Source: Candidatus Woesearchaeota archaeon (GTDB taxonomy: Archaea > Nanobdellota > Nanobdellia > Woesearchaeales > SKIA01). Taken from it: a DNA stretch of 64,000 bases. Location of the stretch: contig JBJKRI010000008.1 in NCBI GenBank assembly GCA_046704725.1, positions 1 to 64,000 of the forward strand, in the 5' to 3' direction. The first letter of the stretch is position 1, and every line of letters starts with the position of its first letter. The notes beneath the pieces were generated by a model that worked only from the letters and a program-made list of their open reading frames with translations, was not told the DNA's origin and did no database searches. Positions 36,501-41,152 of the stretch are shown here, piece by piece. A program made the position numbers and the translations under genes.

Positions 36501-36532
36501 CCCTAGAGGTGCTCGCAGGAGCGGCGCAATGA
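15596..36532 (+). CDS. Giant (6978 aa) multidomain surface adhesin: LamG-like domains, beta-propeller, repeated beta-helices, carboxypeptidase-regulatory-like stalk domains, DUF2341-like domain, Cys-rich domain, C-terminal pilin-like domain
   Basis: Uninterrupted 20.9-kb ORF with an N-terminal hydrophobic segment. LamG motifs (G.IDDV); IAFDGTNMW propeller blades; TLDCNGY.I.G beta-helix caps; WAYREEITF..LTDFPV..DLRF..YQIEKW..WVKVP. Very dense N-X-S/T sequons and no C-terminal TM. Confidence 0.9.
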   Translation: MRSGMGERRLLLGGAVGLLFAVVILVLLSGFHCTAGTHTCTFSGMQQATPQERSALSHRLHLPVSSYTIDPLTNASTATLTDGGNTVTLEDIPAGAEPYVHFSHNDPAVRSEVINGVRAHRQAATISLRANGPIQSIGQCENFDEELEKCDGVWKATTIPFTQKGDVISFHVDGFSAYAGLSKQGPSYVGAQSASPVVTLISPTDGLNTTDGNTTFESNVTDDYYVENATLYTNKTGTWSPHETRWNGEIPYNDSGLLVLLHLNNESFVGENSTHVYDWSGNGNNGTVDGNTALNASGEFGNAYTFYGGGADHIAMPDGMLDSLSKGTVSFWFHPGGTSHSYQDIFGTHGSSGGAIELAYMPGSGQTIWENGGTGGCTGTPISQSWSISNPNKWHMYTFAVNGSGTKIYLDGSLVYSNASLTCFYSNFSQSATTYYSLGCGATTTPTCYSPEVYEGSLDEFSIWNRRLNSSQIAALYNYTKTSLSPAFQNVSLTPGNYSWNVRAEDNDTNIAWAANRTLKIRAPPTYTPGVTLLSPAGRNFTLDRTLTFTANAQSNSTLRYAQLYVWNSTGGTAVNGNIWAGSDSAGGLGKTYPDGTEVNYTAVAAADGDGVAFDGTYIWSTQEENGDVSRTALNGSTTMYPTILYADHHMLAVGSGTVWATNPTHDAVTKIYPNGSTVNYTVPGQPGDIASDGTDMWVTFPANDSVAKITPSGTVTMYNGTGSEPFAIAFDGTNMWVACYGDQIITKVAPNGTMTNYSGSGYKNTNGDLPGAMAFDGTNMWTANGLGHSVTRIAPNGSMTNYSLGTRRAQGIAFDGANMWVADDGSSTVTRILPNGSYTDFPTTLHPETVTFDGAPLAPLYHYNLLSGNTENTSFNYTFTKGGTYTWNVKMCDQNGICEWGTNRTIAVDPLKTIAFVQEAGNTLYASSNLSSQTFTSDVTPGDTIIAIVSWDPSGGGSQSLNITDDQGDTFQQASASPQVNQSAFSQTATLFYALNATGGPTNVTATFGAQRYFRSLTILEYANVSTTNAEDDSVSTAKTTGVVNPGTLNPTQEGDVVVAMGVAGNNTFTHREGFTLRRHDSTDELDVIDSIHNTSSPIQSYWTTPNSSYAAIAGAFKAQSFTSIATQTCAPEWFQSLRVTGVLTCENTTISATSLDITSGGRLILRNATLITGQSTIDGSLTVHNSKNSVWQNSNLTINGNYTLDNSTLHLNVSTSGAFGITVNTSGHLILANNSNITNGGGSASSYIVVNGTLTATDSVLEHLGTNSIAGITGNGTYSFERANISGSMDANGKLNFLDSTLNTTLNTAMKLESGSDGSVINNSNVQGAITVLSLLTSNTNITNSRFYGLVGWNTGSNPNIKFDHNNLTVTGNGGMRSYSGSGRTMTNVRIDVIAGNTGVRTGFQTDDLENFTIVGEGNGVGPGTMTGANWTNFVVNMTGTNDPVNFGGCTGCTLKNWTVIGNASGHALITGTGVTDTRLDDLKLEMHAANMVGLNVTDTENVTIENGSITSNSTGATGINFVEQSTNHSSYTLVNTTFLSLDQSGCSAATNCTATVEWFARANVTDNQGADVYGASVNITNVTGSLVSSTTTDMSGLSPYEAVIAYTLHNGVESTQNNHTVSASKSGYSGSTSVNVTGTTTANLTITQPETVCVNETGVCWTTIQGAIDNATSGQTVVITDNRTYNENLSTSVPLTITSNGTEMPMISDQDATAIQGNNLTIDRVRINVTGSAANIYGIQGSNNTVRNTVLYVNTSGSGVAAISGPSGLIDINHTNITLAGTVNGVVVGSYGKNGSLRIDHTRITGSTVYFLGLYFQDDVDLRNTFINGTGRGVRRSTNGNTLMRNMTILTNGNAISAGSNSGPLTVWNSLLNASGGNDAAWVSNSTNIYNSILDGGLSIKTYGKNAGQGIRVVNSTLYSGVIIEPGSDGTIFNFTIVNSSTASIGIMNHNWTVGSAVTMQKYLQVHINDTAGISLSGASISVADIYGNTRGTYSTGPTGWIAEQNITYKTYTSNGTAINNVTYDNHTITASKPGYFSNSTSVNMSSNQDVNLTLYPQSCGTLTSSLTLGRNLSVNGSTCLTITQPGITLDCNGYGIIGNQASGTYGILVQGVTGVTLKDCNVSYFDYGIYLNNTNSSLIQNVSEYNSNHDGLELNDANNNTVIGGHFVENSAATGSNRIYLTGNSRNNVIANVTPYAHTNGNLLRVDSGSSANAFENATLNSGYAGLQFNEPNISFDNASTYKSGPIYWYSKGNFKTANRCPASFGNKTAGILYMSGCNGAQIQNVTFNASCDIYGLWIDSMANATITNINVSDSCFGLARNIQLNSAQNTTMANVADSGGSLYIGSGTSSSYFKNLSLNSISLTSSNNVFNNITLSGNGANQNVYISSGYSASAVFANSTFSQQYAPLQLGRSYDNITLTNVSLNKSKFGSYSNTGITYAGWYLTTFVEDTHGFPIPGFTVTAKNSSGGVVGTGVTGSNGRAMIPLTQYTWNDSNITYAGNYSISVSKTNFTTETQSVNMTNNTQLNFTYTGHVCVNETGVCFGTVQPAIDNATAGQTVVITDNGTYAETVNISKNLTLASNGTGLPTILGDDVSAVNFEGPATAILVRRLNISLEGSAANIHAIDVNTNQALNLTDVDIWLNVTRSGAYAIRHGGTPANSYFDHLNITAVNATWMFGGWDSGTGGIFINNSRFVGHSGIAVSAYVIGGMYNTYANVTSYGFGTHLAPHANITNVTIYSLSGSLALGDYDTVIDAYLSASSGSALALGNWTYARNLTLVAPGHHAIYSVTGYMPVVADTNVVSGDLYINSYQTNHTPQNITLVNTSITPSLVVADFCDANEICAGYLQNYLHVHVNTSEPVTKHIGIDNQSSTIFSLKNSSTVSISTRDANDVIVVLAAAENASALGSTTPNVSSISDTANLTWLRRSNVTVSNVDGEVWYAIAPNVLNNDSINVTFNISGTVDDASLLVIAVANASTTSPWDSDTSLPAINTSTTVSIPNVSGVSTSNANDMLLGFHFSGGASGSAVSHQYAGSGFTLINDSTNYNGYNSVAASAENKTVNTTQSNISVSFGNTSASGTRWIMVADALRQAPAASSISGAAVTVTDNAGTVTQTNTTDSNGDIQRQNVTYYYGGQVLGTTVRDYYDNHTITASKAGYFSNSTRVNMSSNQYVNLTLRPQACGPMTTSLTLDANLSANGSTCLTITQPGVTLDCNGYSIIGNETANTYGVLAQNVSGVTVKNCQFHNWGEAIYANYTNDSYFTNDSVGENIGSFPTYYENGVYFYASHGNVLSGGNFTYSGSQSYYSRIILTGNSTNNTVANTTLYTTSGRRTVNIGSNSEQNRFENVSLEGNDEYNIGNTNNSFDNASTHDGAPILYYSKGNFEPANQCPATLHDTYAGLLFMDGCDNVQVNNITINGTAEYVGVELRNLNNGTFTNINETGMAYLTASGFYLSSGVTNSTFKNITMNKGAFSFDYSDNNLVQGLTSSVLGYTAAQGNIVTNGTFSSTNWIVYATSTPTENIVANSTFNPAAQPLYVNSNYGNYTFTNVSLNKSQFGTYTRTGITYVGWYMIAQVNDTHGYPIPGFTVTAKNSTGGTVGVGKTNAAGQAWIPLTQYSWNNSVISYQGNYSVSVSKSAFSTQTQSVNMTSNKQLNFTFQGHVCVNETGVCFGSIQAAINNATAGQTVVITDNGTYNENITIPASLTLTSNGTGWPTIDVTGATAIQLGTGSYVNISKLNVNDSGSASAISAIRSQRFGRVHLTDLNIYVNLTGSGATGGIVESSNTGSFSTSIISKVNISGAAAAGFDTENTGGGSHRGNISDVRVDGDFTYGIYSAYNNNLTLNRVSVNITGSGNGLFKASSRINNSNITVTSGHGIYLDFGVVNNTRVTTTTGTAIQAPQSNDNITVLNSIINSSSVGILLGAYWNGATYVQYLAVNNTQFFANPAIQFWEDGHGNISQYATITNSTQNGSGLQTEDIAIAGLGSSVPYVHASLQNPLDATVDNGSSSPIGGATVSATNLLGSHVFSKSTSVSGTISTQDVPYLLVVYNSSRTNTTLTNHTITASKPGYFSNSTSVNMSANRNVVLTLSQQSCGQMTTDLTLNNSLSIDGATCLTITQPGVTLDCNGYNITGNDTGGTSGVLVQGVNDVTIKNCNVTGFYNSVYLNNSNQSTVQNVTTNSYSYYGVFFNASHENTIRNSSLAGGASQPSARVYLAGNSTNNTFANDSMSATDGMKWAWINSGSKWNSFENDTFTGSSGYFNINEQNNSFDNKSTVNGGYLYYFTDGNFNPANVCPPAFMNMNAGFVYMYGCSNVLIRNITLNSSPTYRGLWILNEQNVNISRITVTDPYSFDSPVFSVTGTGGNFTDSDGGVGYLSVSASHMRFDGLNVSEIAAGEVDNDRFNQFRISGGTNAIIALYSNFTLTNSTIAQNMKTVVPSYGGYGEINLTNVSLNQSQFGSYNKPGITNVGWYLIAQVNDTHGYPISGFTVTAKNSTGGTVGTATTGTNGQAWIPLTQYTWNNSNIAYKGNYTIYATKSGFDNGSATVNMTNNTQLNFTFKGHVCVNETGYCFGTIQNAINNATAGQTVVITDNGTYTESFTIAKDLTLTSNGTGVPTISSHDATLAHLGAYGGSYITLRRLNLSIDGSASGLRVISFDNTPVVNLTDVSIWVNDSANDASALYINGAMGGGSYFNNLNVTYASGGNMWSGYGTAGTIYINHSRWIGPVGHVWGAVQIASMENTFMNVTTGSAWGFANGFKTGANLTNLTLYGKNDVIQLGDYNTLTDSYINATSGHGLYPKNHDYIQNVTADGTSYGIDAYQGANQTVIADSRIYNGLLIDSYGSNQPPTNITFVNTTLPPSQIRTNLCGANEICAAYLQNYLQVQVSESGGSGIQGATVSVTDNASRTVATATTNASGDIQKQNITYYYGGLVLGTTENNYYDNHTITVSKPGYYSNSTTVNMSSNQNLVITLSVNRPPVVKQLSVTPNPAANGTTVTVSANITDSDGIDTASAELYYPNGTLWQNLTLSNTSDIWSNTFNSLNTTYGSYTVTIWANDTYNAVNGSEGTTFLTYVNLSNPAIIIVDGSTTDWQNLSFVTDATLVGNGYDIKNVSIAHSASSIYAVVNTAATLAGQYYILLGTNGTGASTTPTGETAPFPISYYVQANSTGCSVRDQSGTSVGGCTRSISGDTLEVGFARSLVGASLNTTINVSVESANSSSQDYAPDLPSYIAYTLEYPVLDDATLNATGTNFTTSSNLTAYGVNVSGATTTIFDWRNRGSSLASLYFPFDTNVTSNSSGAIKDYSNHGNNGWLGGGTAGDVPQWTSSGASGGAYVFNGINDYITTTAQTSGPNVFSLSLWFKTSHAGGKLIGFENTQTGLGTSYDRHIYMGDTGVLYFGVYPGSAQLVNTTATYADGNWHYVVAQMNGSGMFLYVDGVLKASRSDITSGQSYSGYWKIGGGALNGWTYKPSDLFFNGTIDDVSVYARDLSAQQVAAQYNSGAPRHNLTVSQELTPNDRWTVAVTPNNGVRDGPTAYTNMLQESGQTVCINETGYCFTTIQAAVDNATAGQTVVITDSATYDENVTVGKDLTITSNGTGYPLVYFANGTAIDAGTNNVTLKRLHIRVNGTASGIEAVKMDYGTIRNVKFDGNMGANSYGIYCGAHDGLISLTDVNFTPSNVTSAMGKYCSWILNRVTVNGTVTADAIEKSQAYDASVRIKNSYLNATQYAVYGKPTNSSISNSTLYASQYNAAVLGVNASITESTIESFASTALYVGNSSSITFSTITGGGGHASINTNGESHWGITVSDSNLTYVEYNDFTYAYNQNFTFINTTLSSSGTPTVLMTCTGGECYAYFANHYSLHVNDTSGNDISGATVTIHDSTGRLIGRWTTDANGNIPNQNLTDALKKNLYGTASTVSYSPYDVYVYKSGYASSETSVDMSSNQQDTVTLTHQLSCTMVASTSCTNGTKYLGVMNTSGGYDNAHAQLYPDGWWNTSWAYREEITFDNSASSTNLTDFPVMVVLNSSDINYAHVATGGTDLRFVDGDGYTSIPYQIEKWNASGNSYVWVKVPQIDAGSTTDHIWMYYGNSTVSDAQNASAVWSDSYVGVWHLSSNSSANDSTSYGNNGAVIGSPTNTTGEMDGALHFDGSGQYIDIPNASSLNFVNASNYTIGAWVYPEWTETANPDAIVQQLDGTGSGRTHLFIDLSNTYCTTGATKQYMTYVGNTATCSNVSAVNNSWAYVAETVVENGTNDVVRFYVNGTLEKTTNVNSESNLNGSWRIGRHRTYTTWDFEGKIDEVRMSDVRRSGDYIKAEYLAGTGQFATVGSEQVPSDGITYNNSLCCSTDQNGTLGTSCSSGDQFLSLYSTDNSHVQETSVGTYTVPVCMSFSAGTVSCSYQTGSCSQNSNCVLSMASADNSHIGACGEYNINVCCTLPPTLTSLLLNATSTRNWTTDDFNLWPQGAQGYRTIIYDWYLNGTPFAMLDLSFDTNVSVATTGAIKDYSGNGHNATLGGGTVARMPTWNASGASGGAYHFTNGTYIDVGAVGNYSRTIVFWLHPDTAITATSPTRQLIELGKHVADDLGVLMGSSTSALSNEIIEVRSSAGKSGWCSSSGSISAAWHQFVAVWNGTRYEIYVDGVRKDNCYQGTSSIINATDVWVGNWQSALSSASSGFNGSIDDVQLFNRSLSASQIQSMYHSGTPYMQTMKSTELSVNDTWYATGTPNNGFTDGPTVTSNSITIVNNAPNTPTLMEPGNNTTVTTATPYFNWTNSTDPNGDAVHYEINITAPSGCAALPVRNVTPSEYTSVDTLCTDKSYYWSVRACDNLQYCSPWTPEWNFTVTSVVSIDFVTNNTDFGQMAPSTASVNNTNSTLDNSPLPLEVNNTGTVAVNLTIKALGALWTNEGLNTTYFEYADENSSDWQNVTLNYTNLTTNLSVAHTRQIEINITVPVNEPNGAKQSTLEVLAGAAQ
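20558..32350 (+). repeat. Intragenic super-repeats: five VC(V/I)NETG..TIQ.AIDNAT.GQTVVITD caps (about 20558, 23210, 26594, 29300, 32258) alternating with three C..(L/M)T..TCLTITQPG.TLDCNG caps (about 21782, 25154, 27893)
   Basis: Motifs read directly in protein and DNA. Confidence 0.9.
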
Positions 36533-37668
36533 GACTCTCCATCACGCTCTTGGTGCTGCTGTTTGCTGTTCCCGCCGTGACGGCGTTCGGCATCAGCCCC
36601 GCGACATATAGCATGCTGGGCACGGGAACGAGCAACTATACCCTACGCATCCTCAATCCGCAGCACGAGAGCATGCAACTGCAGATTATCGGCGTCGGCC
36701 AGGCGGCGCAGTTCCTGCACCCATCCAAGAAGTACGTCAATCTGGCCTCCTCAATCACGGAGATCGACGTGCCCGTCTCGCTCGTGGTGCCCGCATCCCA
36801 GTTGCCGGGCGAGTACTCCGGCGCGCTCATTGTCGAACAACTGCCATCGAGCGTCCAAGGCAAAGGATTCGTGAGCGCCGTTGCTGCGGTGCAGCAACGT
36901 GTCAATGTGCGTGTGCCTGCGGACGGGAAGTTCGTGGATGCGCACATCCTGACGTCCGTGGGTTCGACGCAGGGAACGCAGGTCGTGACAGTCGCGGTGC
37001 AGAACATCGGCACGGAGAACATCTCACACCTTACTTCGCACACGGATATCCGCGACCCATCCAACCAGCTCGTGGCGAGCATGAGCACGAAACAGGTCTC
37101 CTTGGCTGTGGGTGCGGACAAGAGCCTTTCCGGGCAATGGCATCCGCGCCTTCCGGGGACCTATACGGTGACCGCGACGGTCACCTACGACAATCGGTCG
37201 TACACGACGAACAGGACTATCCAGGTCGGCACGCTCGACGTGCGCGTCGGCACGCCGGTCTTCGGGAACTTCTCTTTGGGCAGTCCGGTACGCATCGACA
37301 CGCCGCTCACCAGCGAATGGAACCAGCGATTGTCCAGCGTGACAGGGACGATTGTCATGGACGGTCCGGGAGGGTACCACACATCGTTTCCCACGCTCTC
37401 GACGGACCTGCCGCCCGACGGCGACGGCACGCTCATCGGCTACTGGAACGGCGCGGGGGCTCCTGCGGGGCAATACAACATGACGTTGCAGGTGCATTTC
37501 GCCGACCAGACGCGCAACGAGACATACCGTGTGGGCGTGGGCGTGGACTGGATACGGATCGAGCAGGGAGGGCAGGCGTCTTTTGCGACTATCCTCTTGG
37601 CGCTCGCGGCGTTGCTCGTTCTCGTGGCTGCTTACTTCGCGCAAAGGTATATAAGGCGGCGTCCATGA
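36529..37668 (+). CDS. Membrane-anchored multi-Ig protein, DUF916/DUF3324- or PapD-chaperone-like
   Basis: ATGA overlap with the giant gene; signal peptide; FGISP...PGEYSGALIVE...V.V.VP..GK...VQNIG; C-terminal TM plus RRRP. Confidence 0.65.
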   Translation: MRLSITLLVLLFAVPAVTAFGISPATYSMLGTGTSNYTLRILNPQHESMQLQIIGVGQAAQFLHPSKKYVNLASSITEIDVPVSLVVPASQLPGEYSGALIVEQLPSSVQGKGFVSAVAAVQQRVNVRVPADGKFVDAHILTSVGSTQGTQVVTVAVQNIGTENISHLTSHTDIRDPSNQLVASMSTKQVSLAVGADKSLSGQWHPRLPGTYTVTATVTYDNRSYTTNRTIQVGTLDVRVGTPVFGNFSLGSPVRIDTPLTSEWNQRLSSVTGTIVMDGPGGYHTSFPTLSTDLPPDGDGTLIGYWNGAGAPAGQYNMTLQVHFADQTRNETYRVGVGVDWIRIEQGGQASFATILLALAALLVLVAAYFAQRYIRRRP

Positions 37669-37687
37669 AACCGGACGGGGCTATCTC

Positions 37688-38065
37688 ATGCCGGAACGAA
37701 AGAAGACTATCCATCTGGTGATATTGTATGTCATCGTCATCGCGCTCGCGGTGTACGTGCTGTCAGGACAGAACGCTGCGCATCAGGCGGTCCCGACGAA
37801 TTCGAGCAATATGTCGTGGGTCTGTCTCAAGCAGGAGTGCGCCTCCTCGGTGCCTGGCGGGACCGTGTGGGCACAGCAGAACTGCGGTCTCGTCAATACG
37901 ACGAACGGCTCTGTCGAGGCGTGCAGGGTGACCATCAACGGCCAGACGCAGCTCGTGCGAAAAGACGCGCTGAATCTTTCGGTCATCCGGCAGTGCACGG
38001 AGTACCGCTGCCTCGAGGACGTGCAGGTCCGGCACGTCAACTACACGCTTCCAGGCGCGCAATAG
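37688..38065 (+). CDS. Small N-terminally anchored Cys-containing extracellular protein
   Basis: KK + TM; six Cys; NXT sequons. Confidence 0.7.
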   Translation: MPERKKTIHLVILYVIVIALAVYVLSGQNAAHQAVPTNSSNMSWVCLKQECASSVPGGTVWAQQNCGLVNTTNGSVEACRVTINGQTQLVRKDALNLSVIRQCTEYRCLEDVQVRHVNYTLPGAQ

Positions 38066-38089
38066 GGCTTCACGCCGGGAACAGATATG

Positions 38090-38097
38090 TTTAAATA
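38090..38097 (+). promoter_or_regulatory. Archaeal TATA box (TTTAAATA) for the 38133-39025 gene pair
   Basis: Consensus TATA in an AT-rich gap upstream of 38133. Confidence 0.6.
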
Positions 38098-38132
38098 GCA
38101 GTATAGAGAAAATCACTGGATAAGGATAACTC

Positions 38133-38351
38133 ATGGCAGCGGACATCAGCAATAATGCGGTGGCGGTCCTGCTGGTATTGGTGATTGTCGTGGCCGCGCT
38201 CGGCACTTGGGCGTTCCTCACGGCCTTCCAGCCGGTGTCGCAGGCAGCCCCGCAGGCGAGCAATGCGAACGTCCACTTGAGCATCTACCACCAACCCGCT
38301 CCAGAGCAATCCAGCAGTCAGGCGTCAGTGGCGCTCAAGATCGCAACATAA
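38133..38351 (+). CDS. 72-aa membrane-anchored peptide with two VxLxI strand motifs
   Basis: DISNNAVAVLL TM leader resembling that of 38366; ANVHLSI and ASVALKI. Confidence 0.75.
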   Translation: MAADISNNAVAVLLVLVIVVAALGTWAFLTAFQPVSQAAPQASNANVHLSIYHQPAPEQSSSQASVALKIAT

Positions 38352-38358
38352 GGAGGTT
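38351..38358 (+). promoter_or_regulatory. Strong Shine-Dalgarno (AGGAGGTT) for 38366
   Basis: GGAGGT ends 8 nt before ATG 38366. Confidence 0.75.
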
Positions 38359-38365
38359 CAATAGA

Positions 38366-39025
38366 ATGGCAGAAATCTCGAACAAGACCTTAGCGCTGCT
38401 CGTCGTGGCCGCGCTCGTGGTGGTCGTCGTGACCACCAGCATCCAGCTCAACAAGCTCAACACGCTCCAGTTCGGCCCGTCCGGCTTCGCAACCTCGGGC
38501 ACCGGGCGCGTCAACCTGACGATCGCCTCGTCCCTGAACATCGAGGTCGACTCCAATAACAACACGATTGACTTCGGCACCTGTACGCCGGCAGCCACGC
38601 TCTCGCCGTGGATCGACAGCAACTCGAGCGTGTCGAACACGACGATTTGCAACGGCACCGCCGCGTCGGGCCGCCAGGGCATCCAGATCAACAACATCGG
38701 CAACGTGAACGCGAACGTGACCGTCGTCGGCGAGTGTACGCCCGCGGCGCTCCTTCCGGAAGCGTCGGGCACCAGTAACCAGTTCCAGGTCTGGATCGCG
38801 AACTGCACGGGAGGCACCCAGAACCTGAACTCGTACACCTCGCTGTCCACCACGCCGATCATCGCGTGTGGGAACATGACGACGGGAACGTCCGGCGGCA
38901 ACGGCAGCTTCTGGATGTACGCGCGCGTCAAGATCGACTCGGACACGCTGCCAGCACAGAGCTGTGGCGCGGTGCCGCACGACTCCGACCAGCTCACGTT
39001 CAGCGCGACATCGAACGTCGGCTAG
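38366..39025 (+). CDS. Putative major fibre/pilin-like subunit (219 aa)
   Basis: True start is ATG 38366 after the SD. EISNKTLALL TM leader, SGFAT, TGRVNLTI strand, IDFG, INNIGNVNANVT, terminal LTFSAT. Homologous by eye to the last domain of the giant protein. Confidence 0.65.
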   Translation: MAEISNKTLALLVVAALVVVVVTTSIQLNKLNTLQFGPSGFATSGTGRVNLTIASSLNIEVDSNNNTIDFGTCTPAATLSPWIDSNSSVSNTTICNGTAASGRQGIQINNIGNVNANVTVVGECTPAALLPEASGTSNQFQVWIANCTGGTQNLNSYTSLSTTPIIACGNMTTGTSGGNGSFWMYARVKIDSDTLPAQSCGAVPHDSDQLTFSATSNVG

Positions 39026-39031
39026 GCCGAT

Positions 39032-39060
39032 ATCTTTTTATTCTCTTTTCCGGGTTTTTT
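39032..39060 (+). terminator. Oligo-T archaeal terminator-like tract
   Basis: tctttttattctcttttccgggtttttt immediately after the 39025 stop. Confidence 0.6.
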
Positions 39061-39064
39061 CCCT

Positions 39065-40204
39065 ATGCGGATAGCCCTCTTGCTTCTCTGCGCCCTGATG
39101 GCGCTCCCACTCGTCCATGCTATCGGCATCACGCCGCCGAGCGCGCATATCGATTTCACACCCAACCAACAGGGATCCTTCGATGTCCTGGTGATGAATT
39201 CTCGGCCGTTCAGCATCACCGCAGGAGTCAACATCACCGGGGACTTGGCTCGCTACTTCAACGCCACAGGACCGAAGATCGGTGCCCGCGGGAGCGCGAC
39301 GTCGACGATCACATATAGTCTGCCGGCCGATATCGATCCCGGCCTGCATCGGCAGTTCATCTATTACACGGAGGACTTCTTCGACCCGAACGCCGGCTCG
39401 TTCGCCGCCCGCACGAGCGTCGGACTGACTGTGGACGTCTGGAAGCCCTATCCTGGCAAGTACGCGAAGCTCACGCTCGAACCACGCAACGTCCCGAAGG
39501 GACAGAAGACCGACGTGCATGTCACGATCGACAGCAAGGGGGACCAAGCCGTCACAGGAGATGTGAATCTCCGTATCCTGGACGCGTCGGGAGCGCTCAT
39601 CGACTCGTACGTGGTGCCCGGATTCAGCGTCGGGGCGAACACGAACCGCGGACGCTACGTGCAGGTCAACAGCCAGGACTACAAGCCCGGCAAGTACACC
39701 GTGAAGGGCAGCTATGACTACGGGGCGGGCGTCGCCACGGACAGCAAGACGCTCAAGATCGGCGAACGGACGATCATCATCGACAACACGTCCACCGCCG
39801 TCTATCTCGACCAGCCCGTCAACAAGTTCACCGTGACCGTCGAGAGCATGTGGAACCAGCCCCTCGACGATGTGGCGGCCACCTTCGCTCTGGGGGCGCA
39901 CACCGGCAAGACGCCGAGCGTCACGCTGCCCGCTTTCGGCTCGCAGCAGCTCGTCGGATACTGGGACACGGACAAGGCGCTCGCGCCCGGTAACGGCACA
40001 GTCCTTGTCACCGCCACCTTCCGGAACGGCACGCCCGTGTCGCGCACGTTCCCCATCACCATCTACAACCAGACGCCGCACCCCCAGAAGGAAGCGCCCG
40101 CGACGATCACCCTCGGACTGACCGACGTGCTGTTTGTCGCCCTGATGGTCCTGCTGCTCCTCGCGTTCGGCGGCTATCTCTGGCACATCCACGCACGCTC
40201 ATGA
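39065..40204 (+). CDS. Second membrane-anchored multi-Ig protein (DUF916/PapD-like), paralogue of 36529
   Basis: Same length (379 aa); IGITPP...PG.H...V.V..PYPGKY...PG.Y.V..ESMWNQ.L...L.GYW; C-terminal TM. Confidence 0.65.
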   Translation: MRIALLLLCALMALPLVHAIGITPPSAHIDFTPNQQGSFDVLVMNSRPFSITAGVNITGDLARYFNATGPKIGARGSATSTITYSLPADIDPGLHRQFIYYTEDFFDPNAGSFAARTSVGLTVDVWKPYPGKYAKLTLEPRNVPKGQKTDVHVTIDSKGDQAVTGDVNLRILDASGALIDSYVVPGFSVGANTNRGRYVQVNSQDYKPGKYTVKGSYDYGAGVATDSKTLKIGERTIIIDNTSTAVYLDQPVNKFTVTVESMWNQPLDDVAATFALGAHTGKTPSVTLPAFGSQQLVGYWDTDKALAPGNGTVLVTATFRNGTPVSRTFPITIYNQTPHPQKEAPATITLGLTDVLFVALMVLLLLAFGGYLWHIHARS

Positions 40205-40608
40205 AGAAGCGCTCTGTCATCATCCTGGCCATCGTCATCTTCCTCGTGACAGCATCGATCGTCTCGCTCGTGTACCAGTACGAGCAGGGATACTTATTCT
40301 CGCACGTGCAGGAGATGCCGTACCTCTTCTACGTCAACCAGACGCCTGGCATAGACGTCCGGCACGACATCCTTCGCATGGGGCAGATCGCGTGGGGCGC
40401 CCGCACCACGCGTGAGGTGACCATCAGCGATCCAGGGGCGCACACAGTGCTCATCCGCGTCTTCGGCAAGGGGGCTGGCATCCTTTACGCCGATCCCTCG
40501 GAGCTCAACCTGACGAATGGCACGGCGAACGTCACCTTCATCGCCGAGGCCGCTCCAGACACTCCTTATGGACGCTATGACGGCGTGGTCCGCTTCTACT
40601 TCCATTGA
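40201..40608 (+). CDS. Small N-anchored Ig/pilin-like protein
   Basis: ATGA overlap; TM; GIDVRHDILRMG..., PDTPYGRYDG near the C-terminus. Confidence 0.65.
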   Translation: MKKRSVIILAIVIFLVTASIVSLVYQYEQGYLFSHVQEMPYLFYVNQTPGIDVRHDILRMGQIAWGARTTREVTISDPGAHTVLIRVFGKGAGILYADPSELNLTNGTANVTFIAEAAPDTPYGRYDGVVRFYFH

Positions 40609-40678
40609 TGTCATGTATTGACTGAAAAATCAATATATGACCGAAATTCTTAAGAACTGACGTTTTCAGTCATTCATT

Positions 40679-41152
40679 GTGGAGCTGGGAGCGCTGCTGC
40701 GCCATCCGGGAGTGCGGGACGTCATCGAGACGGACAAGGCACTGTTCATCCTCACGGACGCGCCGAAGACGCTCCCGCCGATATATAGCGACAGAGAGGT
40801 CGTGGCGCTTAGACCGGAGGAAGCCCTCGCGAGCGAACGGCTGCCGGAGCTGCTTTCTGGCATAAGCCATAAGAAGGGACGCCTCGCAGAACGGTCCGGA
40901 ATGCGCGGTTGGGAGCTCTACGAATTCGATCTTTCCGGATTGCCTGCGAGCGGAAAGCAATCCTTCGCCCACGCACTATACGGCACCGGCGGACGGGCGA
41001 GCGAGCTCGGACGCCTTGGCGGGCAGCGGCTCGGGCGCAGCGCGGTATTGGTCCCGCGCGGCAATGCCAGGACATTCGAGGAATGGCTCTCACACAAAGG
41101 GGCGCGATGGACGCGGAAGAGCGTCCTCGTGGAGGAGAAGGATGCGGCTTGA
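40679..41152 (+). CDS. Hypothetical cytoplasmic protein; C-terminal domain possibly PaaX/Cas2-like ferredoxin fold
   Basis: YEFDL....K.SF..ALYG....L...GG.RLG.SAVLVP pattern; fold assignment tentative. Confidence 0.5.
   Translation: MELGALLRHPGVRDVIETDKALFILTDAPKTLPPIYSDREVVALRPEEALASERLPELLSGISHKKGRLAERSGMRGWELYEFDLSGLPASGKQSFAHALYGTGGRASELGRLGGQRLGRSAVLVPRGNARTFEEWLSHKGARWTRKSVLVEEKDAA

Noticed and set aside
38133-39025. Type IV pilin/archaellin assignment
   Set aside because: No (K/R)G-hydrophobic class III cleavage site before the TM, and no assembly ATPase or TadC-like gene in the window.
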